A stretch of 47,281 nucleotides of DNA. Source: an uncultured Candidatus Saccharibacteria bacterium. Lineage in GTDB: Bacteria; Patescibacteriota; Minisyncoccia; Phycocordibacterales; GWA1-40-21. The position numbers were made by a program, and so were the translations under genes. The number at the start of each line of letters is the position of its first letter. Within the stretch, counting starts at the first letter, position 1. Location of the stretch: assembly GCA_964485905.1 (NCBI GenBank), contig CAZAJY010000002.1, positions 1-47,281 of the forward strand. The letters run 5' to 3'. The notes below the pieces were generated by a model. It was not told the origin of the DNA. It worked only from the letters and a program-made list of their open reading frames with translations, and ran no database searches. Shown here in pieces: positions 34,693 through 41,917 of this stretch.

Positions 34693-34780
34693 CTAGACTA
34701 AGGTTAAACCTTGGTCTGGGTACATTTTCTTCTAAACAACAAATGGTAGACGGTCGTGTGTCATTTATTGTTTTGAAATA
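34693..34780 (+). repeat. Palindrome S4 plus copy B of the 74-nt direct repeat
   Basis: CTAGACTAAGG-TTAAA-CCTTGGTCTGG (34693-34719). 34707-34780 is copy B of the repeat seen at 33203-33276. Confidence 0.85.
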
Positions 34781-34816
34781 TTTGGTAAAAACAAAGTGGT
34801 GTGATAATATTTTTAT

Positions 34817-35173
34817 ATGTCTTGGTTCAGCCCCAAAAATATTCCAGAAACAAATTATAATCCCGATGATCGGGTAGAAGCCTTTGTTATGAAAGCTGGG
34901 CTTATCGGCGCAATTGTTTTAGAAGCTTTTAATAATATAGACCCTCTACATGTTATATATGGTGATAATAGTGATGAATACTTGGGATATGCTGAGCGTT
35001 TTATGAATCAATTAGGAACAAAAAAGTTAAAAGATTTGACTGATGATGAAATATTGACTCTCGTCAGGGGTTCATTTCACCCAAATCAGATTGGTAAATT
35101 TGTTTCCGAGGAAGATATCCAAATTTTAATTAATAATATAAAAGAAATTAAAGTTTCTTTTCCAGATAGATAA
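34817..35173 (+). CDS. Hypothetical protein (cassette ORF)
   Basis: 118-aa ORF starting 37 nt after repeat copy B. No recognisable motifs. Confidence 0.5.
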   Translation: MSWFSPKNIPETNYNPDDRVEAFVMKAGLIGAIVLEAFNNIDPLHVIYGDNSDEYLGYAERFMNQLGTKKLKDLTDDEILTLVRGSFHPNQIGKFVSEEDIQILINNIKEIKVSFPDR

Positions 35174-35177
35174 TATT

Positions 35178-35202
35178 TCAAACACAAAGGCCTAGCCTTT
35201 GA
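35178..35202. repeat. Boundary hairpin S5 (CAAAGGC-CTA-GCCTTTG)
   Basis: TCAAACACAAAGGCCTAGCCTTTGA shares the TTCAAACACAAAGG lead-in with S1 and with the 34631 hairpin. Confidence 0.5.
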
Positions 35203-35214
35203 AAAGCTGAAAAT

Positions 35215-35252
35215 AGCGTGAATTTGGTCAAAAAATGACACAAATTCACGCT
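35215..35252. promoter_or_regulatory. 12-bp perfect (16 bp with one bulge) hairpin abutting the Fic promoter
   Basis: AGCGTGAATTTG (35215-35226) pairs with CAAATTCACGCT (35241-35252). The inner pairing GTCA/TGAC extends the stem. Confidence 0.5.
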
Positions 35253-35256
35253 AAAC

Positions 35257-35284
35257 TTGACTTTTAACATGAATTTACTATACT
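35257..35284 (+). promoter_or_regulatory. Sigma70-like promoter of the Fic operon
   Basis: TTGACT (35257-35262), a 16-nt spacer, then TATACT (35279-35284), 27 nt upstream of the ATG at 35311. Confidence 0.5.
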
Positions 35285-35310
35285 TACTATATAACATTTA
35301 ATATAAAATT

Positions 35311-36201
35311 ATGTCTATACAAAAACCAATAAAAAATCGAATTCAGGAATTGAAGGTTGAATATGATACTTTGCGCAAAGGCAAGGAGTCCCTTTTGTCT
35401 CTACTTGATGAAGCAGAAGCCCCGGAAAGCGTGTACAATTCAAACGCTATAGAAAATTCTACTTTAACCCTCAAAGAGACAGAGAAAATTCTTTTAGAAA
35501 TGGAAGTCTCACGCGATGTCTCAGTCAGGGAAATTTTTGAAGCAAAAAATCTAGCCAGAGTGATTTCTTATACTAGAGAAAAATCACAAGTCGAAGAATT
35601 ATCAAAAGAATTGATCCTATTACTTCATAAAATGCTGATTGGGAATATTAATGATTCTATCGCCGGACGTTTCAGAAAAATTGGAGAATATGTCAGAGTT
35701 GGCACACACGTCGCCCCAGCGCCAGAACATGTAGAAAAAATGATCGAGTCTATTCTGTCGGAATACGGCAGTAATCACGAATTATATTTTTTGGAAAAGA
35801 TTTCAAAGTTTCATCTTGATTTTGAAACTATCCACCCATTTTGTGATGGCAATGGCCGTATTGGTCGGGTCCTTATGAATTTTCAGTTGTTGCGTTTTGG
35901 TTTTCCACGTTTGATTATTCGTGATAAGGAAAAGAAACTTTACTATCAGTCATTTGGTGATTATCGTGATACAAAAAAGACCAAGACTATGGACAGGGTT
36001 ATTTCTTTAGGGCTTTTGGAATCACTTAATAAGCGTGTAGCTTACTTGAAAGGCAACCCCATTATCACTTTAGCTGATTATGCTAAGAAAAATAATATTA
36101 AGACCCCAATCTTATTAAACGCCTCTCGTCGCCAAACTATCTCGGCTTTTAGAGAAAAAGGTGTATGGAAAATCGCTGAGAATTTTATTTATGAAGCCTA
36201 A
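35311..36201 (+). CDS. Fic-domain protein (AMPylase-type, class II with an N-terminal inhibitory motif)
   Basis: 296 aa. It has the canonical active-site motif HPFCDGNGRIGR (HxFx[D/E]GNGRxxR) and an N-terminal SNAIEN matching the (S/T)xxxE(G/N) auto-inhibition helix. Confidence 0.85.
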   Translation: MSIQKPIKNRIQELKVEYDTLRKGKESLLSLLDEAEAPESVYNSNAIENSTLTLKETEKILLEMEVSRDVSVREIFEAKNLARVISYTREKSQVEELSKELILLLHKMLIGNINDSIAGRFRKIGEYVRVGTHVAPAPEHVEKMIESILSEYGSNHELYFLEKISKFHLDFETIHPFCDGNGRIGRVLMNFQLLRFGFPRLIIRDKEKKLYYQSFGDYRDTKKTKTMDRVISLGLLESLNKRVAYLKGNPIITLADYAKKNNIKTPILLNASRRQTISAFREKGVWKIAENFIYEA

Positions 36202-36499
36202 AACAAAACAACTTTTTCGGAAAATCGTTCGGGACTGTGCGGATTGCGGGCGGGAAATGACCGTGTATATTTACGCTGATAAAAAGAAGAATAATTATCG
36301 GGGTGGGCATTACTTCGGCAAGATTGGTATTTGTTCTAAAAAAGAAAATGAAAAAATGTTTAAGTCTGGCATCAGAAAATCAAAATTCGGCAAGCTTGTT
36401 TTAAATGTCTATAAATACGAAGCTAAACCTTATAAATATCTCGAATATTGGGAATGCCCAAGGTGTTATTGGGGGAGGGGGAATACCAAAGCGTCATAA
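36191..36499 (+). CDS. Small basic zinc-ribbon protein, overlapping the Fic gene end
   Basis: I prefer the ATG at 36191 (MKPKTKQ...), which overlaps the Fic gene end (36201) by 11 nt. Two CxxC pairs are present (CADCG ... CPRCYW). Confidence 0.5.
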   Translation: MKPKTKQLFRKIVRDCADCGREMTVYIYADKKKNNYRGGHYFGKIGICSKKENEKMFKSGIRKSKFGKLVLNVYKYEAKPYKYLEYWECPRCYWGRGNTKAS

Positions 36500-36513
36500 T
36501 CCTTAAATATCTA

Positions 36514-36547
36514 GAACGGCTCAACGAGATTACTCGTTGAGCCGTTC
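36514..36547 (+). terminator. 15-bp perfect hairpin after the Fic/zinc-ribbon operon
   Basis: GAACGGCTCAACGAG-ATTA-CTCGTTGAGCCGTTC, followed by GCTTTGGTT (a weak T tract). Confidence 0.55.
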
Positions 36548-36591
36548 GCTTTGGTTGGAAAATAAGGGGATTTTGTGATACCATTTGATTT

Positions 36592-37365
36592 ATGAAAAAC
36601 CTTAAGGAACTAACTAAAAGAAGAGACGATATTCTCGTAGAGATCAAAGATTTGAAAAAGAGGCATGATATATCATGCAATATTTATAATATGGACTGCT
36701 CGGAATTAATATCTAGGATGATTAAAAATGAAATAATCGTTGATTCTATAATAACAGATCCACCTTATAATGTGAGTAGAAAGAATCAACTTGGGTATTC
36801 AAACATGGGTAGGAGTGGAATGAATTATGGTGTTTGGGACTATGATTTTGATCAAATAAAATGGTTAAAAAATATTTCAAAGGTCATTAAACCAGGTGGT
36901 ACTATTATTATCTTTAATAATTGGAAAAATATGGGTGATATTGCTAAGGAACTTGAAAAGCAAGGTTTTATTGTTAAGGACCTAATTCGTTGGGTAAAAA
37001 GTAATCCTATGCCAAGAAATGTCGATCGTAGATATGTTAACGATTATGAATTAGCAATATGGGCTGTTATGGATGGTTCACAATGGACATTTAATAAGCC
37101 AAAAGAGAATTCATATATTCGCCCAGAATTTAGAACAGGAGTTGCTTCTGGTGGTAAAAATAGAATTCATCCAACACAGAAAAATCTGAAGTTGATTGAA
37201 AATATATTACAAATTCATACAAATGAAGGCGATGTCGTTTTTGATCCGTTTCTTGGTTCTGGCACCACAGCGGTTGCGGTATTAAATTGTAAAAGAAAAA
37301 TTATAGGATCAGAGATAGACGAAAAATATTTTAATAAGACACTAGAAAGGATTAAAAATGATTAA
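36592..37365 (+). CDS. Beta-class N6-adenine/N4-cytosine DNA methyltransferase (N6_N4_Mtase family)
   Basis: 257 aa. Motif IV (IITDPPYN) precedes motif I (VFDPFLGSGTTAVA), which is the beta-class order. DPPY favours m6A. Confidence 0.85.
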   Translation: MKNLKELTKRRDDILVEIKDLKKRHDISCNIYNMDCSELISRMIKNEIIVDSIITDPPYNVSRKNQLGYSNMGRSGMNYGVWDYDFDQIKWLKNISKVIKPGGTIIIFNNWKNMGDIAKELEKQGFIVKDLIRWVKSNPMPRNVDRRYVNDYELAIWAVMDGSQWTFNKPKENSYIRPEFRTGVASGGKNRIHPTQKNLKLIENILQIHTNEGDVVFDPFLGSGTTAVAVLNCKRKIIGSEIDEKYFNKTLERIKND

Positions 37366-38227
37366 CTCTCCATTAAATTATACCGGCAACAAATTTAAGG
37401 TACTTAAACAGATTATACCATTGTTAAGTACTGATAAAAAAATAATCTGCGATGTGTTTTGCGGTAGTGGATTGGTCTCATTGAACTCAAATTACAGTAG
37501 GATAATTATGAACGATAATTTTTCTCAAATTATTGACATAATTAATATGTTTATGGATGAAGATTTAGATTCATTAATCAGAGAGATTGATTGCATGATT
37601 AATAAATATGGTTTTACTGATACATATAAAAATAATAAGTCTAAATATTTAGAGAAAAAACATGAGGGTCTATCAAAATATAATAAAGAACCGTTTGAAA
37701 GACTTCGTTCGGATTATATTAATAGACCTACTCCGCTCTTATTATTCATATTAACCATATTTAGCTTTAATCATTATATTAGGTTTAACAAGAAAGGCGT
37801 ATATAATTTACCTGTAGGAAAGGTCGATTTTTCGAAATCTTTAAGAGAAAAAACAAAGATGTATTCAGAAGCCTTGAAACTAAAGAATATAACTTTATTA
37901 AATAAAGATTTTAGAGATAAGCTATTATATGAAAAGGATGCCTTATATTATTTTGATCCCCCATATTTAATCACAAGTGCACCGTATAATACAAACTGGG
38001 GCATAGATGAGGAGTGTCAATTATTAAAAATACTCGATGGGCTAGACTTAAAAGGTAAGAAGTTTGCACTTTCAAATGTTTTGCGTTCTAATGGAAAAGA
38101 AAATAGCATTTTAATCAAATGGAGTAAAAAATATCATATTCATAAAATTAATAGAAAATATACTAATTCAAGTTACCAAAAGAAAAATTTATCAGAAGCA
38201 GAAGAGGTCTTAATAACTAATTATTAA
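37358..38227 (+). CDS. Dam-like (D12 class, alpha) DNA adenine methyltransferase
   Basis: 289 aa. Motifs are NYTGNK near the N-terminus, motif I DVFCGSGLV and motif IV YYFDPPYL. It overlaps the upstream MTase gene by 8 nt. Confidence 0.85.
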   Translation: MINSPLNYTGNKFKVLKQIIPLLSTDKKIICDVFCGSGLVSLNSNYSRIIMNDNFSQIIDIINMFMDEDLDSLIREIDCMINKYGFTDTYKNNKSKYLEKKHEGLSKYNKEPFERLRSDYINRPTPLLLFILTIFSFNHYIRFNKKGVYNLPVGKVDFSKSLREKTKMYSEALKLKNITLLNKDFRDKLLYEKDALYYFDPPYLITSAPYNTNWGIDEECQLLKILDGLDLKGKKFALSNVLRSNGKENSILIKWSKKYHIHKINRKYTNSSYQKKNLSEAEEVLITNY

Positions 38228-38232
38228 TATAT

Positions 38233-40425
38233 ATGGGAACAGCAGGAAACAGAAAAGGTTACAAGGTATTCTCAATTAATACAACAATTAGAAACCCACA
38301 AAGGAATATAGATTTCCTAAAAGTGGTAGCGAATTTTGACGGCTTCAGATTGACCACCAATAATAAGTTAAAGATTTATCATGAATTTATTAAGAATGGA
38401 GTATATATACCTAATAATATTAGTAATGAAATCTTTGATAAGATTAAAAACAAAATTCCGCTAGACGATAAGGAAATATATAAGATAGTTAACGATAACC
38501 CACAAGAAACTGGAAATAATGGTAGAGTTATGACCCAAATTAGGGCTTTGAAAGATTTAGAATTTATTGCGTTGCGTGGCAAAAGAAACCAGCTAATACT
38601 AACTATCACAAAACTTGGTAGAGAATATATAAATGGTGAGGATGTAGAAATCATATATACAAAATCGTTGCTAGGGATGCATTATGGAAACATAAATAGA
38701 AAAACTGTTTTAAACAAGGCGAGACCTTTTCTAAATACAATCTTTATTCTCGATTATTTAAATCGATACTATGAGATAAATGATCCGGAATCAGATTTCC
38801 TAAAAAATGGGATATTATTTCATGAATTTGGAGGGTTTATTCTGTCTATGAAGGATTGTAATTATAAAATAGTAGCTGATCAAATTATTTCATATCGAAG
38901 AGAATTTACTAAGAAATTTAATCCTGATTATTTTAAATCGTATTTTATTGGGAATGGTATTATTAGTTTGAAGGATGAGACTTTTACTTCAGAGTATCCT
39001 GACGAGATAATAAGAAAATTCTCAATGACTGGATTACTTGAGGTGCACGGTAGATCAAAGTATTCCTATATAAGATTTGTTGGATTTAATATTATCAAAA
39101 TAAAGCAGCTTATTAGTAAATATTCGGATTATAAATATGAAGATTTTAATAATGAGGCTGATTATGAAAAATATGTTTCGAATGTCTTCATCCCGTGGGA
39201 GTCTTCCGCTGTTGAAAAAGAGGAAATAATTAATAACCAACTTGCGCAAATTAAGTCATTAGATAAGACATTTGAATTACCTCCAGGTATTGTTGGTGAT
39301 GAAAGGTTAAGGGCTCTTGATAAAAAGAATAGTGAATTTATTTTCAGAGATAAGGTAATAGAAGTTGAGTTTAAGAATATTTATAGAGAACTTCTAATAC
39401 TATCAAGAGAACTAAAGACCAAATCTGAATATGAAGAGACAATACCTGAACCTGTTAGGTTGGAATGGTTAATAGCTTTATTATTTGCAAAACAATATGG
39501 GCATCAATTTGTTAAGCCATCAATGAGACTTAATCCTGATGGGACACCAAAAAGCTTTGCTGGATCTGGTAAGGCAGACATAGTTTTTGAGGATCGTATG
39601 CACATGTATATATTAGAAGCGACTATGATGTCTGGCTCGAATCAACAAGAGAATAGTGAAACTACCTCTGTATCCTCACATTTGAAAGACTATAGTATTA
39701 ACAATAAGTTTAATGGTGCGTTGCTAGTGGCACCAAAGATCCATAATCGTGTAGCAAAATATTTTCAATTTATATTTAATGTTGATCAGTCATTTATGTT
39801 GCCTGTGAGTATTAAACTTTTCTCCTCGGTTGTTGAAAACAATAAGACGATCGATTCTTTCACACAGAATTATAAAGAGATCCATAGTCGACTAATTAAT
39901 TCTGGTTCTAATGTCGAGTCTTTTGTTGATTCTGTGAATCAAGGTGCAGAGGGTAGTTTTAAGGATATAATTATAGAAAAAGAGAAGGATTCTGTTACAG
40001 GAGAGGAGATCTTATCATCTTACACTGGAGCTATGATTAATTTACCACTATATGAATCTGTTGGTTGTGGGGAATTAATGAAGGCAGAAATAATTTCTGA
40101 GGAAACGATTGCTGTACCAAAAAGCTACCTTTCGTCAGGATCAAAGTATTTTGTTCTCAGGGTCACCGGTGATTCTATGAATAAGGCAGGAATAAACGAC
40201 GGAGATTTAGTTTTGTGTGTGAAAAACTATCATCCAGAAATTGGTAATAAAGTGGTTGCGTTAATTGGAGACGACGCAACAATAAAAGAATACCATAATA
40301 ATGGTAAGGTCGTGACTTTAAAACCACGTTCCGATAATCCAAAACATCAACCTCTAGTTTTTACAGATAATGAGGAGATGAAAGTTTTAGGTGTGGTGGT
40401 TAGAGTTTTAGATCAAGAATTATAA
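38233..40425 (+). CDS. AlwI/N.BstNBI-family type IIS restriction endonuclease fused to a C-terminal LexA/UmuD-like S24 peptidase domain
   Basis: 730 aa in one frame. AlwI-family blocks are INTTIRNPQRNIDFLKVVANFDG, GSGKADIVFEDRMHMYILEATMMSGSNQQENSETTSVSSHL, LLVAPKIH and MLPVSIKLF. The S24 module covers residues ~600-730: LPLYESVGCGELM, FVLRVTGDSMNKAGINDGDLVL, ATIKEY and VLGVVVRVL. Confidence 0.8.
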   Translation: MGTAGNRKGYKVFSINTTIRNPQRNIDFLKVVANFDGFRLTTNNKLKIYHEFIKNGVYIPNNISNEIFDKIKNKIPLDDKEIYKIVNDNPQETGNNGRVMTQIRALKDLEFIALRGKRNQLILTITKLGREYINGEDVEIIYTKSLLGMHYGNINRKTVLNKARPFLNTIFILDYLNRYYEINDPESDFLKNGILFHEFGGFILSMKDCNYKIVADQIISYRREFTKKFNPDYFKSYFIGNGIISLKDETFTSEYPDEIIRKFSMTGLLEVHGRSKYSYIRFVGFNIIKIKQLISKYSDYKYEDFNNEADYEKYVSNVFIPWESSAVEKEEIINNQLAQIKSLDKTFELPPGIVGDERLRALDKKNSEFIFRDKVIEVEFKNIYRELLILSRELKTKSEYEETIPEPVRLEWLIALLFAKQYGHQFVKPSMRLNPDGTPKSFAGSGKADIVFEDRMHMYILEATMMSGSNQQENSETTSVSSHLKDYSINNKFNGALLVAPKIHNRVAKYFQFIFNVDQSFMLPVSIKLFSSVVENNKTIDSFTQNYKEIHSRLINSGSNVESFVDSVNQGAEGSFKDIIIEKEKDSVTGEEILSSYTGAMINLPLYESVGCGELMKAEIISEETIAVPKSYLSSGSKYFVLRVTGDSMNKAGINDGDLVLCVKNYHPEIGNKVVALIGDDATIKEYHNNGKVVTLKPRSDNPKHQPLVFTDNEEMKVLGVVVRVLDQEL

Positions 40426-40531
40426 AACAGAAAACTCATTCACCCCATTCGCCAAAAATGGCGAATGAAAATTATTTGGAGTGAAGAACATAAAATTTGA
40501 TGATTTTGGGGCGGTGTGATAGCATAAAATT

Positions 40532-40939
40532 ATGAAAAACAAAGCAGAAGATATAGGAAAAAGGGAAACACAAAAGGAATTTATAATAAGAAAAAGAAAG
40601 GAGATTAAGGACGAGCTTGTGATTTTTTTGAAGGACATCGATCATCCAATGAGGGCTGACGATATCTTGGCAGAAGTCCTTCATGATGATAATGATGAGG
40701 ATTTTAACGATTTTGTTATGTTTCTAGGACGCGACAGTATGATGGAAGATCCGGAGAGCGCTCAAGAAATGGCGATGGACTTGTTCAACTTTTTTCCACG
40801 GCAAACACTTCACGGAAAATCATTGGCGGAACTGATGCCTTTTACGGAGCTTAAGAAGATGGAGAAAGCTTTTCAGGATTTTAAAAATGGCACCGGAGAT
40901 GGTAATTATAGTTATTCCTTGCCGAAGGAATTATGGTAA
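40532..40939 (+). CDS. Hypothetical acidic protein
   Basis: 135-aa ORF with a basic N-terminus and a strongly acidic core (HDDNDEDFNDF). It ends 9 nt before the SWIM gene. Confidence 0.5.
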   Translation: MKNKAEDIGKRETQKEFIIRKRKEIKDELVIFLKDIDHPMRADDILAEVLHDDNDEDFNDFVMFLGRDSMMEDPESAQEMAMDLFNFFPRQTLHGKSLAELMPFTELKKMEKAFQDFKNGTGDGNYSYSLPKELW

Positions 40940-40948
40940 TTTAATTAT

Positions 40949-41677
40949 ATGATACCAAAATTTGATATTGAAAAAATAAAGTTTTCTGTTGACGAACCTA
41001 CTTTTAATAAGGCTGTGAATTTGTATGAGGGTGGAAAAGTGGTGGATTTTAAAGAGGAATTTAATGGTTATTCCGCTATCGTGGAAGGTACGCATCCATA
41101 TCAGGTATCTGTTGATATTAATCATCATGATAGGGGGAATTGTAATTGTTATCTGGGAATGGAAGATATTTTATGCAAGCATATGGTGGCAGTCGCCATT
41201 TATGCGTTGTTTAAGGGTAAAAAAATTGATGAGCAAGATAAGAAAATATCTAATCAACCTATTTGCAGTGGTAAATTAGGAATTCTAAATAGAGAAGAAC
41301 TAGCTGAAATTAAAAAGAAAATTACTGAGGCTTTTAGGTACATCAAGCCCTATAGTGGACCATCAAAGACTTGGTTTATATATCAAAATTCATTGACTGA
41401 AGGTTGTGGTAGGTTATCGGCCTTAATTTGTAACTTCCCTGTAAGTGTTCAAACAGCCAAACTATTGGTGGATATTCTTATGAGGGCTGAAAAAAAGATA
41501 TTAGATGGAGGTGTTGATGATTCTGATGGGACAGTGGGTGATTTTATGACTTTGACGGTGGAAGTGCTAAAAGAATACGCCAGATTAAATCCGGATTGTG
41601 TGGAGTCTTTTAAAACTCTCAAAAATTTATCAACCAGTTTTGGCTGGGAGGAGCCACTGGTAAAATTGATGAAATAA
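40949..41677 (+). CDS. SWIM zinc-finger protein
   Basis: 242 aa with the CxC-x(n)-CxH signature CNCYLGMEDILCKHMVAVAIY after an N-terminal beta-rich region typical of bacterial SWIM proteins. Confidence 0.7.
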   Translation: MIPKFDIEKIKFSVDEPTFNKAVNLYEGGKVVDFKEEFNGYSAIVEGTHPYQVSVDINHHDRGNCNCYLGMEDILCKHMVAVAIYALFKGKKIDEQDKKISNQPICSGKLGILNREELAEIKKKITEAFRYIKPYSGPSKTWFIYQNSLTEGCGRLSALICNFPVSVQTAKLLVDILMRAEKKILDGGVDDSDGTVGDFMTLTVEVLKEYARLNPDCVESFKTLKNLSTSFGWEEPLVKLMK

Positions 41678-41917
41678 TAAAACACCATATTCATAAATAA
41701 ACAGGTAGAGATTCTTACTCGCTCGGAATTTGGGGGGAAAAGTGTTGCTAAATAAGGTAAAAATAGGTGAGATTGTAAGTTAGTTAACATTGCTTGCGTT
41801 GTATATAACTAAGTACCAACTTAGTTATATTTCATGATTAGAAATGTTAAATCCATCTTATTTATAATGATAATAGGCTTCGCTAGGACCGACCTCAAGG
41901 AAGGCTCTTTAGGGTGA

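Noticed and set aside
33189-34719. Canonical integron attC sites. The palindrome centres GTTTAAC and GTTAAAC fit the RYYYAAC and GTTRRRY core consensus.
   Set aside because: In real attC sites the two cores are separated by tens of nucleotides of imperfect palindrome with extrahelical bases. Here they coincide in one 27-nt site, and no intI gene or attI is in the window. I therefore describe the sites only as dif-like or core-type palindromes.
33203-34780. CRISPR array
   Set aside because: There are only two copies of a 74-nt repeat separated by 1.5 kb of protein-coding sequence, and no short regularly spaced repeats occur anywhere in the window.
34312-34877. ORFs 34312-34566 (inside the NUDIX gene, alternative frame) and 34677-34877 (through repeat copy B)
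   Set aside because: The first is a shadow frame of a well-supported gene. The second reads across the palindrome and the 74-nt repeat and overlaps the better-supported 118-aa ORF start.
36516-36527. 12-nt identity (AACGGCTCAACG) between the 36514 terminator hairpin and a hairpin inside ruvC (46332-46343)
   Set aside because: A single 12-mer match is expected by chance in a 47-kb window compared with itself. No extended similarity surrounds it.
41449-41790. 113-aa minus-strand ORF overlapping the SWIM gene end
   Set aside because: It is mostly antisense to the motif-supported SWIM gene, and its translation is hydrophobic and low-complexity with no start context.
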